Source: Macrostomum lignano (lineage: Eukaryota). Taken from it: a DNA stretch of 54,780 bases. The position numbers and the translations under genes were made by a program. This document shows positions 27,188 through 43,949 of the stretch, in pieces. The notes beneath the pieces were generated by a model that worked only from the letters and a program-made list of their open reading frames with translations, had not been told where the DNA came from and made no database searches. Positions within the stretch are counted from its first letter, which is position 1, and every line of letters starts with the position of its first letter. Location: NCBI GenBank assembly GCA_002269645.1, contig NIVC01001241.1, positions 1-54,780 of the forward strand, given 5' to 3'.

Positions 27188-28132
27188 AGATGTGTTGAAT
27201 AATTGTCTTATCTTCTACAAACTAATGCAATAATATTTAAAACCTAGCATAGCCGAATAAGCAGACTTCTTTGGCTTTATTTTCTATGCTATATTTTATT
27301 TGCATGAGACTTAAGGTACCGAAGAAAATATATTGCTGAAGTAAAAATTCTGAATTTGCTCGGTAACACTATAAACAGTGTAATGACTAAAACAAAACAT
27401 GAACTTTTCGTAAACTAAAATGTATTTATAATCCTAATAAACACATATTATATTACTTTAAATGTTTTTAAAATACGAAATTTGTTTAGTTTTACATCTA
27501 TATTTTTTAAAATGACCCCTGTGTAGCGTTTGGTCATTTTTTAGTTTCGTGAAACTTTAACAATAAAATTGCCTTTGTATTCATTCAACGTTATTTTGTC
27601 GTCCACCGAACACACAAATCGATATTAAATGCTTACTTCTCAGACAAATATTTTGCATTCAAATAGTCTTATATCTGTTTAAATAGTTCATTAAACGCAC
27701 CATAATTTCAGTCGAGTTAAGAAAATGAAATCAAAATGGCACAAAGCAAAATGTAGTTAATAAGTTGGCTTGCGAAATTACGAATTGCAGCATGAATAAG
27801 TCGTTTTTATGCGTTTTAAATTGCGTTTCAAATACTCTAACTAAAATTAATCTTTTTATAAATATGCAAAATCGATATAGTTTATCAAATAATTCATGAT
27901 TTATGTCAATCGCATAAATTACTTAAATGAAGCTACAAAACCCTGTTAGAAGTTCAATTGACAATTATAAAAATCTTTTTTATTCAATATATTTTGTCAA
28001 ATGAGTTTTTAGCAAGAAAAAATGTTGTTTTTAATGACAGTTTAATAGATAAAAGATTCATTTTTTTGTTTTAACTTTGAAGAAAATATATCTTAGGCCT
28101 CAAGCATTCTGACCAACATATTTTCTTTGCAG
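27188..28132. promoter_or_regulatory. AT-rich region between head-to-head ZDHHC and J-domain genes (probable bidirectional promoter/5' UTR region)
   Basis: The divergent ATGs at 27187 (-) and 28139 (+) are ~950 bp apart. An acceptor-like TTTCTTTGCAG ends at 28132, 6 nt before the J-protein ATG. Confidence 0.45.
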
Positions 28133-28138
28133 GTAGCC

Positions 28139-31632
<3,494 letters not shown>

Positions 31633-31644
31633 TTTTCTAACTCT

Positions 31645-32200
31645 GTAGCAGGAGTGCTCAGGTGTGCTTGTGAGTGCTCAGGTGTGCCTGTGAGTGCTCA
31701 GGTGTGCTTGTGAGTGCTCAGGTGTGCCTGTTAGTGCTCAGGTGTGCCTGTTAGTGCTCAGGTGTGCTTGTGAGTGCTCAGGTGAGCCTGTGAGTGCTCA
31801 GGTGTGCCTGTTAGTGCTCAGGTGTGCTTGTGAGTGCTCAGGTGTGCCTGTTAGTGCTCAGGTGTGCCTGTGAGTGCTCAGGTGTGCCTGTTAGTGCTCA
31901 GGTGTGCTTGTGAGTGCTCAGGTGTGCTTGTGAGTGCTCAGGTGTGCTTGTGAGTGCTCAGGTGTGCTTTTGGGTGCTCAGGTGTGCTTGTGAGTGCTCA
32001 GGTGTGCTTTTGGGTGCTCAGGTGTGCTTGTGAGTGCTCAGGTGTGCTTGTGAGTGCTCAGGTGTGCCTGTTAGTGCTCAGGTGTGCCTGTGAGTGCTCA
32101 GGTGTGCCTGTTAGTGCTCAGGTGTGCCTGTGAGTGCTCAGGTGTGCCTGTTAGTGCTCAGGTGTGCCTGTGAGTGCTCAGGTGTGCTTAGGGGTGCTCA
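31645..32200. repeat. 20-bp minisatellite, ~27 copies
   Basis: GTGCTCAGGTGTGCTTGTGA and variants. Confidence 0.95.
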
Positions 32201-32769
32201 GACGTGTTCAAATATAATCATGAGCGCTTGGATGCGCTCAAATTAATACGCTTATAGACTACTTATGTCATAAGGTGCTTCTTTGTTTGCAGATATGCTT
32301 AGTTGTGCTCAGATATGTTAAAATGTGCTTCCCAGTGCTCAATATGTGCTCAAACAGATAAATATCTTCTTGCTCAGTCGTCACTTAAAGCCATATTCTC
32401 TCGATGCATCGCTGGTTCCACCGCTTTGCCCCCAGTAATTGATTCGCTTAGCTGTTTGCATTTATTTCACTTTGAGCTGTCAATCAAGAAGTCATTTTTT
32501 CATTTTTGTTTGTTTTTCACCGAGTTGTTTGTGTATTTCTGAAATTCTGCGACTTTTCGTAGCCCTAGTTGAGCACTATTTATACATCGAATACAGTAAA
32601 ATCCGCTTGTATAGATGTTTAGCGAATGTTTTATAATTCAATATTTATTCGTACTTTATGCAAATATGCTGCCGATATGTAGCGATGGAATTATTTTCTA
32701 CTGGAAATGGGACTCATTTAGGAGTAGGATTTACCTAAAATTGATGAAGCTAGGAAAATGCACTTTACA

Positions 32770-33091
32770 AATAATAATAATCATCATTATATTAAAGGCA
32801 GGTGGCTGTGTGCTCCCTGGCACTTTAAGCGACATTGTCACACAATCGGCGAGAGGCATTACTGCCGATTCCGCCGACTCCCCTGAGCAGGCACACACTC
32901 ACAGGAGTGCACAGCGGCCCTAACTTTATTTATCGTTAGGCATGTACACTTCACTGCGCCTTGGGGGTTGGCCCTCAATAATTGCACGAGCAGAGCCAAG
33001 CCGAGATTCCAATTCAGCCCCAAATTAATGTGACTGCACTTGGAATCGAGCCTGGGCCGCTGGCACATCAGAGCATTAGGCTACGGCCCCA
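32770..33091 (-). mobile_element. tRNA-derived SINE-like repeat, copy 2
   Basis: The minus strand starts TGGGGCCGTAGCCTAATG (A-box-like), then GGCTCGATTCC (B-box-like) and CACATTAATTTGGGGCTG. The body is shared with 15450-15710 and ends in an (ATT)n/ATGATG tail. Confidence 0.55.
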
Positions 33092-33442
33092 TGCCCTTTA
33101 CAATACTTGCATGTGAAATCTGTATTAAAAATGGTTCCTTGTGAACTGTGCTACTGTGCGACAGAAATCAAAGTATTTTATTTTCTCTCAATTTTTTTTG
33201 CACTGCATTATTAAATCATTTATTTGCATGTTTAAAAATATAAATATACCTGTAAATATTTTCTTTATCAGCTAGGTCTGACTTATGATACTTTATTAAA
33301 TATTGTCAATTCTACTTGATAATCTCTATATGTCGGTAGCATTCTTTTAGTAATTTTATATCACCCGGGGTTGCACTAGAAATTAGCTTTGTATTTTCTA
33401 TACTTTTCATGCTGTGAAAAATAGCTGAAAAATTGACAGATT

Positions 33443-35056
33443 ATGCTGACAGATGCTGACAGATGCTGACAGATGCTGACGGATGCTGACAGATGCTGAC
33501 AGATGCTGACAGATGCTGACAGATGCTGACAGATGCTGACAGATGATGCTGACAGATGCTGACAGATGATGCTGACAGATGCTGACAGATGCTGACAGAT
33601 GCTGACAGATGATGCTGACAGATGCTGACAGATGCTGACAGATGCTGACGGATGCTGACAGATGCTGACAGATGCTGACAGATGCTGCCAGATGCTGACA
33701 GATGCTGACAGATGCTGACAGATGCTGACAGAGAATGCTGACAGATGCTGACACATTATGCTGACAGATGCTGACAGATGCTGACAGATGCTGACAGATG
33801 ATGCTGACAGATGCTGACAGATGCTGACAGATGCTGACAGATGCTGACAGATGCTGCCAGATGCTGACAGATGATGCTGCCAGATGCTAACAGATGCTGA
33901 CAAATGCTGACAGATGCTGACAGATGATGCTGCCAGATGCTGACAGATGCTGACAGATGCTGACAGATGCTGACAGATGATGCTGACAGATGCTGACAGA
34001 TGCTGACAGATGCTGACAGATGCTGACAGATGCTGACAGATGCTGACAGATGCTGACAGATGCTGCCAGATGCTGACAGATGATGCTGCCAGATGCTAAC
34101 AGATGCTGACAAATGCTGACAGATGCTGACAGATGATGCTGACAGATGCTGACAGATGCTGACAGATGCTGACAGATGCTGACAGATGATGCTGACAGAT
34201 GCTGACAGATGCTGACAGATGCTGACAGATGCTGACAGATGCTGCCAGATGCTGACAGATGATGCTGCCAGATGCTAACAGATGCTGACAAATGCTGACA
34301 GATGCTGACAGATGATGCTGCCAGATGCTGACAGATGCTGACAGATGCTGACAGATGCTGACAGATGCTGACAGATGCTGACAGATGCTGACAGATGCTG
34401 ACAGAGGATGCTGACAGATGCTGACAGATGCTGACAGAGGATGCTGACAGATGCTGACAGATTATGCTGACAGATGCTGACAGAGAATGCTGACAGTTGC
34501 TGACAGTTGCTGACAGTTGCTGACAGGTGCTGAAAGATGCTGACAGATGCTGACAGAGGATGCTAACAGATGCTGACAGATGCTGACAGAGGATGCTGAC
34601 AGATGCTGACAATTGCTGACAGATGCTGACAGATGCTGACAGATGCTGACAGAGGATGCTGACAGATGCTGACAATTGCTGACAGATGCTGACAGATGCT
34701 GACAGATGATGCTGACAGATGCTGACAGATGCTGACAGTTGCTGACAGATGCTGACAGATGATGCTGACAGATGATGCTGACAGATGCAGACAGATGCTG
34801 ACAGATGATGCTGACAGATGATGCTGACAGATGCAGACAGATGCTGACAGAGGATGCCGACAGATGCTGACAGTTGCTGACAGATGCTGACAGATGATGC
34901 TGACAGATGCTGACAGATGCTGACAGTTGCTGACAGATGCTGACAGATGATGCTGACAGATGATGCTGACAGATGCAGACAGATGCTGACAGATGATGCT
35001 GACAGATGATGCTGACAGATGCAGACAGATGCTGACAGATGCTGACAGATGCTGGC
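33443..35056. repeat. 10-bp tandem repeat (GATGCTGACA)n with 13-bp variants, ~1.6 kb
   Basis: Direct reading. Confidence 0.97.
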
Positions 35057-35721
35057 AGGTGAATTATGTTAATCTCTGACAAGTCTCTATCAGTGACTGA
35101 GGTATTTCATCACAGAAAAACTTTGAGCTGTTGAGAGGGCAGCGGGGCCAGTGTGAGTTGGCGGAATTCGTAGTGACTGCGCAGAAGCGGCAAACTCAGA
35201 GGGCTCCATGCAATCTGTACACCTCATCACTTTGCTGAGAACAAAAGCGAAATGTAGAGAGGCAGGGCTTTCTCCAGAATAAGCTCAGATATTTTCAATT
35301 GTTTTTCTGCTACAGTTGAGCATTTGTTTGTGTGGGGTGAGCAGCGCCAATGAGCAGAGCGGCAACTGAGAGCTTAATAGAGCAATCTCAAATGCAGATG
35401 GGGCCACTCTGGGTTGAGTAAACAGCTGCGAGAGACGCTGAGTCACAAGTAAATACATTTTTCACTTGCCCGCTGATAAGAAACTGTCGTGTTTGCCTGC
35501 GGCAGGTCAAGTTATAGACACTGAATCCTATGCAGGTGAGGAAGATATAGTGCGATAGTGAGACAGACAATCAGATAGACAGCGAGCTTGACAGTAAAAT
35601 ATAGTGAGATATAGGGTGAGATACACATTGAGATAGACAGTGAGATAGACAGTGAGATAGACAGTGAGATAGAGTGAGATAGACACAGCGACACCGAGTC
35701 AGACGAGAGTCAGCGAGCGTC

Positions 35722-38216
35722 ATGGGCGGTTGCTTCGCAAAGCCGGGCATCAAGCCGGCTGAAAGGGCAGCCGCAATGGAAAAGTACAAACGTGAGTAGA
35801 ATTTGATAGCTGAAAATTCGGAGTGGTGAGCTGAACTTTCAAATGGATCTCGAAACTTTTAATTTTTTAGTATCGGCAGACGAAATCAGAAAAATTGAAG
35901 AATTTTTTTACGACTGCGCTTCGAAGAGAAAATACGTGACTTACTCGGTTAGTCCCTGTGATCTGTTATCTACCAGCTGCCATCCACAATCTACCACCTG
36001 CCATCCACAATCTACCACCTGCCATCCACAATCTACCACCTGCTATCCACAATCTACCACCTGCCATCCACAATCTACCACCTGCCATCCGCAATCTACC
36101 ACCTGCCATCCGCAATCTACCACCTGCTATCCACAATCTACCACCTGCCATCCACAATCTACCACCTGCCATCCACAATCTACCACCTGCCATCCACAAT
36201 CTACCAGCTGCCATCCACAATCTACCACCTGCCATCCACAATCTACCAGCTGCCATCCACAATCTACCAGCTGCCATCCACAATCTACCAGCTGCCATCC
36301 ACAATCTACCACCTGCCATCCACAATCTACCACCTGCCATCCACAATCTACCACCTGCTATCCACAATCTACCCCCTGCCATCCACAATCTACCCCCTGC
36401 CATCCACAATCTACCACCTGCCATCCACAATCTACCACCTGCCATCCGCAATCTACCACCTGCCATCCGCAATCTACCACCTGCCATCCACAATCTACCA
36501 CCTGCTATCCACAATCTACCACCTGCCATCCGCAATCTACCACCTGCCATCCACAATCTACCACCTGCCATCCACAATCTACCACCTGCTATCCACAATC
36601 TACCACCTGCCATCCGCAATCTACCACCTGCCATCCGCAATCTACCACCTGCCATCCACAATCAACCACCTGCCATCCGCAATCTACCACCTGCCATCCA
36701 CAATCTACCACCTGCCATCCACAATCTACCACCTGCCATCCACAATCTACCACCTGCCATCCGCAATCTACCACCTGCCATCCACAATCTACCACCTGCC
36801 ATCCACAATCTACCACCTGCCATCCACAATCTACCACCTGCCATCCGCAATCTACCACCTGCCATCCACAATCTACCACCTGCTATCCACAATCTACCCC
36901 CTGCCATCCACAATCTACCCCCTGCCATCCACAATCTACCACCTGCCATCCACAATCTACCACCTGCCATCCACAATCTACCACCTGCCATCCACAATCT
37001 ACCACCTGCCATCCACAATCTACCACCTGCCATCCACAATCAACCATCCGTCATCCACAATCTGTCATCCGTAATTCACAATCTGCAATCTACTATGTAC
37101 AACTTACCATTTGGCACTCACAGTCTACCATCTACAATTTACAATCTGCCATCTGCTGCTCACGGACTACTTAAGTAGACTATCTACTAGTGGTCCTTGC
37201 TGCTGCTATCTATCATATACAAGCAAGCACTTACAATCTGCCATCTGCTGCTATCTATCATATACAAGCAAGCACTTACAATCTGCCATCTACCCTCAGG
37301 GCTTCCGCACGCTCTACGCGAGCTCCCGATTCGATCAAGAGGAGGCGGACATGCAGGCGGTGTTCCGGACGATTGCCCGGCCGCCTCAGCTAGATGGTCG
37401 AATCGATTTCGACTCGTTTGTGCGACTCATCCTGCTGTGCAACCGCGGCAAAGAAGTGGAAGGCGCGAGCGAGGAGGATAGGATGAGAAGTGAGGCGTTG
37501 CTGACTGACTGTGTCAGTAAATTTGTCATCAAATGTGTCAGCAAATGTGTCATCAAATGTGTCAGTAAATGTGTTAGCATCTAGCATCCACAATCTATCA
37601 TTCAGTAAATTCACAAATAGATGAGTCAGCAACTTTGTCAGTTAAAGCATCAGAATATGAGTCAGCAACTTTGTCAGTTAAAGCATCAGAATATGAGTCA
37701 GCAACTTTGTCAGTTAAAGCATCAGAATATGAGTCAGCAACTTTGTCAGTTAAAGCATCAGAATATGAGTCAGCAACTTTGTCAGTTAAAGCATCAGAAT
37801 ATGAGTCAGCAACTTTGTCAGTTAAAGCATCAGAATATGAGTCAGCAATATTGTCAGACCACAAAGTTGACAGAAATTTCTAGTACCATCATATCCGTGT
37901 CGCAGTTCTCTTCGACGTGATGGACTCAGACGGCAGCGAGTCCATATCGAAGCCGGAATTCCAGCGGTTTCTACTGAATTTCGTGGATGACGATACGGCC
38001 ACAAGCCAGATGTTTGACAAGCTGGATTCGGTAGGACTGGAAACTGATTTATTAGCAACAGTGATTAGAATTGACTGTCAAAACCCTGTAATTAGCAACC
38101 AAACAAAATTTCAGGATCAGAGTGAAGAGATCGACTTCCAAGAATTCAGCTCGTTTTGCAAATCCAACAGGAAAGTGTACAGGAAAATGTGCCTCTACGT
38201 GTTCCCCTCGGGCTGA
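35722..38216 (+). CDS. N-myristoylated EF-hand calcium-binding protein (calcineurin B/neuronal calcium sensor-like); 5 exons, ~187 aa
   Basis: Exons: 35722-35791, 35871-35947, 37300-37489, 37906-38030, 38115-38216 (GT-AG, 564 nt). The N-terminus is MGGCFAK. Canonical loops are DSDGSESISKPE and DSDQSEEIDFQE, the latter formed across a splice junction. Confidence 0.88.
35980..37050. repeat. 21-bp minisatellite (~51 copies) in EF-hand gene intron 2
   Basis: CCACAATCTACCACCTGCCAT units. Confidence 0.97.
37621..37848. repeat. 36-bp minisatellite (~6.3 copies) in EF-hand gene intron 3
   Basis: ATGAGTCAGCAACTTTGTCAGTTAAAGCATCAGAAT units. Confidence 0.95.
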
Positions 38217-38986
38217 AGTCACTCTCTGACCAACCACCAATGACGTCATTGAAAAAAAATGTTCTAAATATGGAAAAATATGCTGATTGTAAAAAACTTT
38301 TTTCTTCTATTCCTTCTAATCAGGTCGAGCAATTGTAATTTTTTGGTGTCATTGCTGAAATTGAAATATTTAAAATTTGTTGTTTGAAGCTGCCTGGTGC
38401 AAAATAAACTGCGGTTTTTCCTAAAAATTTCAGTGTTTTATATATAGGTAAGCTTGGGCTCGCATGGGCGCATTCAGCATGCCAGTGAAGTATGAGACAG
38501 ACCAGGCCTATGGGCTAAGGTCTGCGATGCTTCACGCCTGCCCCTATCTTCAGCAGGTAAAGGCTGGTGGAAGGTCTGCACCCTCTATTTGCCGCTGGCA
38601 GCCGCAGACCGCCCCCCATGCTGTCTCGCAAGCCGACCCAGGGGTACCCGTCCCCGCGAGTGTTCAAGGCAGACCCTAGGGCTGCCGGACTGACTGGGCT
38701 CCGGCGCTGGGGACCCATCCAGTGGCTTTTGCCGAACATGGGTATGCGGGTCTGGCTCGCCAGTCCGCAAGCCGCGGTACTGCTCAACGTACCCTCTAAT
38801 GCCTAAGGTGTTTGACCGTGCCGATGGGCTGGAAGGCCGGGGAGTAGTCCGGTCGCAAGCGGTCCCCGTCCTGGTTTCGGGCCAGCCTTGAGGGTTCTTT
38901 TGGCCTACTGCCCGGTCAGGTGGAGCGGCCGGGTGGGTACCGCGCCCCTTCGAGGGTCGCCACCAAAACGCCCACCAACCTTTATC

Positions 38987-40060
38987 ATGGCCTTCGAGCC
39001 GACTATGGATAAAAACCCTATTTCTAGGGACGGGGACCCTTCTAAACCCCAACCTCAGTCCGAAGGACCGGCCGGCCCTGCTGGCAGATCCCACTCGACT
39101 GATTCAACTGTGGCAAAGGGAGGACCGGCTGGCTCTGCTGGCAGATCCCACCCGACTGATTCAACTGTGGCAAAGGGAGGACCGGCTGGCTCTGCTGGCA
39201 GATCTGACCAGAGCTATCAAACTCAAAGTACCCAAAGACCTGTCAGCTCTGCTGGTGGATCAAAGGGAACCGCGAGCTCTGAGCCTAAAGGACCGGCCAA
39301 ATCTGGCAGATCCGACGAAGCTCAGCGGGCTCGGCTCGAGCGCAAACGCGCTAAGCAACGCGCCAAAAGGCAGGCCAAGAAGGGAGCTGCGGGGGCCAAT
39401 GCGGCGGCGTCCACCATGGATGCTGAAGCGACTGGCGTCCCAAGGCAACCAGACGGGCCGGCCGGTGGAAGCTCCGGTAGTTCAGCGGCGGCGCTCCCTG
39501 GAAATGCTGCTGCAGCTGCTGAGGCTGAAACCACGGCGCAAAAAATGGCCACTGCCAACAAGGAGGTTCCTTCGGGAGCTACCTTTGCGGCGAAGGCCAA
39601 GGCCAAAATCCCGGGAGTGATCATTCAAGGTCGCGACCAGGACTAGACCATTGGTCAGCTTCAAAAAGTGTGGAGCGCTATTGACTCCTATCTGATTGAG
39701 CTGACTGTCGAGGAGGGAATCTCCATCGGCATTGAGCGGATGGTGCTGTGAAGCACATTCGTTTTTATTGCTCCTAGCAGTGAGGAGGACGCTCAGCAGC
39801 TGCTCCAGCGGCTGCCGACGGTCTCCTTGGACGCTGACCTCGGCGGAGCTCTTTTTCTTCGCGAAGGCCAGCGTCCAAAGACAATACCCTATGTGGTTTT
39901 TGTTCCTGTAAAGAGCACCGCAGCTGGACCAGACGCTATCCGCCGCGTCCTACTGCGCCTGAATCCCGACCTCCCTGCTAGTGGACTGGTGTATCACCGC
40001 AATGTCCGCAGGGGGGAGACGGGTAAATCAATTTTCCTCGGCCTCCCCAACGCTTGGGCG
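38987..40060 (+). pseudogene. LINE ORF1 remnant with two in-frame stops and a 57-bp internal tandem duplication
   Basis: ATG at 38987. The same frame continues past TAG 39644 and TGA ~39748 into the 39827 ORF. It has a basic RAKQRAKRQAKK segment and a GPAGSAGRSHPTDSTVAKG repeat. Confidence 0.6.
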
Positions 40061-42031
40061 AGTCGGTACCCTAACGGATCCTGCGAGTATGTGGACCATG
40101 CAGCCGAGACGCTGACAGGTTGCATTATTGCAGCCTATGAAGCGGCCTGCCCTGTCCGTGCCTATAAAGGCAAGACCTCAGCGCCGTGGTGGAACCCGGA
40201 GCTAGGGAAACTCAGGCGGAAGGCCAAAAGCCTTTACCGCCGTGCCATGAAGACCGGGAACCCGGGGGACATGGAGCTTTTCCGGCAAGCCTCCCGCAAC
40301 TTCAAATCTGAAGTGCGCAAGGCCAAGGAATGTAAATGGCGCCAATTCTGCAATGAGTTGGATCAAGACAGACCTACTTCTAGGCTTGTCAAGGCCCTTA
40401 CAATGGACAAAATGTCCAAATTAGCCATGATCAGAAAAGATGATGACTCTCTTACTAAAGACCCTGAAGAAGTGCTTCAGCATATGCTCAGCACATTCTT
40501 CCCGAGGGTACCCACTGCTAAATCGGAACCCAACCATTCGATGGATGGAGCCACCCTAGCGACGGGCATTGTCACTGAAGACTTAATCGCTCGTGCGGTC
40601 AGAACCTTCAAGCCCTTCAAATCTCATGGACCTGATGGTAATCTACCCTGTTCTTCTTCGTGAAGCAGCCAAGATACCCTCGTTCCTGAGACTTATCCGC
40701 AATCTCGTGCGGGCCTCTATCCAGCTGGGATACGTTCCCAAATGCTGGACTGAAGCTCGGGTAGTCTTTATTCCCAAACCTGGGAAGGGTGACTACCAGA
40801 GCGTCAGCTCCGTACGCTTTCCGTACGCCTTTAGGCCAATTAGCTTAACATCAGCAATGCTTAAGCTCACTGAGAGGCTTATTCTCTGGCGGCTGCTTTC
40901 TTGCGAGCTGACAGCAATGCCCCTCAGCAATAATCAACACGCCTTCCGTACCGGGAGGTCGACTGACAGCGCCCTGCATGCGATAGTCGAAAAGATTGGA
41001 CGGGCGGTACTGGGTGACGGTTACGCCCTGGCTCTTTTTCGACAATTAAGTAGTCCGTGCGTGAAATGCGCTTGGCACTTCTTGGGGTCTTTCCCCAAAG
41101 CGGCTTTGGTGGATCTACACTTCCGTTATTTGACCTGCCATTACGTACGCCTCGGTTGTCTGGGTCAGCGCTACCCAGGTCAAAAGTCATGCAGATTTGC
41201 TCAACACGATCCAGGGCAGAGCGTGTAGGCTTATCTGCAACGCCACCAGATCCACGCCCTTTGCCGGCATGGGGGCCTTCCTTAATCTACCGCCTCTCGA
41301 TCTCTTCGTCAGGGGTGAGGCGGCTAGAACGACGCGGCGTTTACTTGATGCCGGTGTCAAATTACTTTACACGAGGGCGCCTGCTAAGCAGAACCTCATC
41401 CCGCATCGACCTGTGCCTCAACATTCTCAACGAGTGTCAGGCCAATCGCGTCTTCACCGATGGCATTGCCTCAACGCTCAACCTGAGACAACGCTACTCT
41501 GTAGCTATCGACTCGCGCAATACCATCAATGACCAATGGAACCTTGGTGAGCTTCACTGCTACACCGACGGTTCTAAGCAGTCAGCCAACACCGGTTTTG
41601 GTGTTGGAATCTTCCTGAACGGGAGGGTCATCGCAACCCACGCTCAGTACACTGGGGTCAACTCCAGTGTCTTCCAAAATGAAGTTCTCGCCATCAGCTC
41701 CTGCACTGCAGAGCTCCTCGCCACTGGCGTAACCGGTAAGAACATCATTTTCCATTCGGACAGCCAAGCTGCCTTGTACGCCATCAGTGGCTGCAGCACC
41801 AATTCTGCTACAGTCCTCGACTGTATCGAACTCCTCAACATGTTGGGTTCCACCAACAAAATCACCCTTAAGTGGGTTCCGGGGCATGTGGGAATCCGAG
41901 GAAATGAGTTGGCTGACACCCTTGCAAAAGTTGGTGCCTCCGGCTCCTCTCTTGGTCCCGAACCCCTTGTCCCGATTCCTGGCTGTGTCATCGACTCGCG
42001 CATCAACGCGTGGTTCAGGACCCAGCACTAA
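40061..42031 (+). pseudogene. LINE ORF2 remnant: endonuclease and RT core deleted, RNase H retained
   Basis: APWWNPELGKLRRK; FKSHGPDG; RVVFIPKPGK; FRPISLTS; QHAFRTGRST. RNase H motifs CYTDGSK, EVLAI, SDSQAAL and WVPGHVGIRGNELADTLAK. No YADD-type motif is present. Confidence 0.85.
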
Positions 42032-42857
42032 TGCAGGCAAACTGCACTACCTGCAGGCAATCCAGAGGCGCTGTCCCTCAGCCCTCTCACCAGCTCCGGA
42101 AGCTCCTCTTACGCATCTCACGCAGAGACATCCGGGCTGCCACCATGACCCTCTCAGGTCACGGCTGCTTCTCTAGGCATCAGTACCTGCAGGGCACCTA
42201 CCTGCAGATAATGAAATTTTGTCTATGGTAGGAATACGCCTTCGGCTTTCGGGATTTAATCACATACCGACCTCAAACCCATAGAATATCTTATACTTAA
42301 CTGCCCGCTAATTTGCATTAAAGTAAGTTTAAAGCATTAAAGTCCTGCAAGCGGGCTTAAACGTAGTCTATGGCATTAAAAGGCAAGAATAAGTACCCAG
42401 CGGGCAAGAGGTCATGGTACAATAAGCATTTTGCAGACAATTGCAGTGGGCGGCTGCCGTGCGTTTCACCTAGATTCAACACGCTTAGGCTAACTATAAT
42501 GTTTATACGGAGGCTACTATTGAAATTTCAATGCTAGCATCAATGAGGCACTCGATTTTATAGCGATTCGATTGGCAAAAGGCGACATGTAGTGTTCAAA
42601 AAGATAAAGCATAAAGAAGCTGAAATCGTCCTATTCAAGTTGAACCTTTTTGCAGCGAAGACTTTCGAGGAAACAGTTTACCTCGTGCTTGAACACTCGA
42701 CACTTAAAATGAAAAGTTTTGGTTCATTCCTAAGACTAGGTAAACCGTTTACAATAAGGACTGTCATGGTTGTGGAAGGTTTTCAGTGTGCACTCTTGAC
42801 ACAGTCAGAGGGCCACAGCCATGGCAGAAGGGCGCGGTATGGGGTGGGTTTCACAAA

Positions 42858-43285
42858 CGCGAAATTTCACAACCGCTAAACTTCACAACCGCTAAATCAC
42901 CTACTTTCATAAGCGCTAAGTTTCATAAACGCGAAACTTCACAACCGCTAAATTTTTTCCAGTCACTTTCACAAACGCGAAACTTCACAAACGCGAAACT
43001 TCACAACCGCGAAACTTCACAACCGCTAAATGTCATCTACTTTCACAACCGCTAAACTTCACAACCGCTAAATCACCTACTTTCATAAGCGCTAAGTTTC
43101 ATAAACGCGAAACTTCACAACCGCTAATTTTTTTCCAGTCACTTTCACAAACGCCAAACTTCACAACCGCGAAACTTCACAAACGCGAAACTTCACAACC
43201 GCGAAACTTCACAACCGCTAAAATTTTGCACTTACTTTCATATACAACAGTCTTTTTAGCGGTTGTGAAGTTTCGCGGTTGTGAA
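42858..43285. repeat. 16-bp-unit composite array with an inverted terminal copy
   Basis: TTCACAACCGCTAAAC / TTCACAAACGCGAAAC units, with a ~165-bp block duplicated. 43254-43285 (TTTAGCGGTTGTGAAGTTTCGCGGTTGTGAAA) is the reverse complement of the units. Confidence 0.85.
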
Positions 43286-43949
43286 AGCAACCCGCGGTAT
43301 ACTGGCCGTAGTTGCCACGAGTTCAATACACAGAACTATATTTCTTTCCGAGTTCAATACACAGAATTCCAGGCTTCACAGATAAAGTTGGTTTGGAAAA
43401 GAATGAGCTAAAATCTGGGCTGCAGGACAGCTCCTCGCGGGTGACAGCAAATCCCAACTTTTAATGGTGCTTGCCTTCCTGCAGAAAATCTTTGAAAAAA
43501 GTTTTACAGACACGCCAAGTCTGGATTAATGGGCCTTAAAAGCTAAAAATTGGTAGTGTTTGCAGGATGGCTGGCGCTGCTCTCGGCGGCATCGTCCTGC
43601 AACCAGCACTGAGCCAATGCTGTACGCGGGCACGCACTCGTACACGCGCTCACACAGGGTGCACAGCAGACCTGACTTTCTAATCGCTAGATTCAGGCGC
43701 GATTACCGCCGAGCTCCCATTGGAAAGGGGGCTGCATTATCTGCTTCAGAGAGGCAAATTAGCTTCATCAACCTTATACAAGCCCCCTTAATTCATAGTG
43801 GGGACGAGGCAGAATGCAAGTCAAACATGCCAAGTGTTTGCCAATCCATTATTACCGATCCAGTTCGACAAGCATTACAAAAATACGTGACAGGTTCCTA
43901 CCGGATCAAATCTTAGCCAGTGAAATCCTACCATCAGCAGCTCTTTGCC

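Larger units (their letters stand above)
38455..42390 (+). mobile_element. Degenerate, internally deleted non-LTR retrotransposon with RNase H (I group, LOA/Lian-like)
   Basis: A GC-rich leader is followed by an ORF1-like frame, the RT N-terminal part, a post-RT segment WGLSPKRLWWIYTSVI*PAITYASVVW...GRACRLICNATRSTP, and RNase H. Boundaries are approximate and no TSD was recognised. Confidence 0.85.

Noticed and set aside
35722-35740. Functional cluster of the DHHC enzyme with a palmitoylation substrate (MGGC EF-hand protein)
   Set aside because: Proximity alone is not evidence of a functional link in a eukaryotic genome.
33376-37178. Long ORFs with CQHLSASVSI, HPQSTTC, IHNLPPA and WMAGGRL repeats
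   Set aside because: They are stop-free readings of the 10-bp and 21-bp arrays, intergenic or inside a defined intron.
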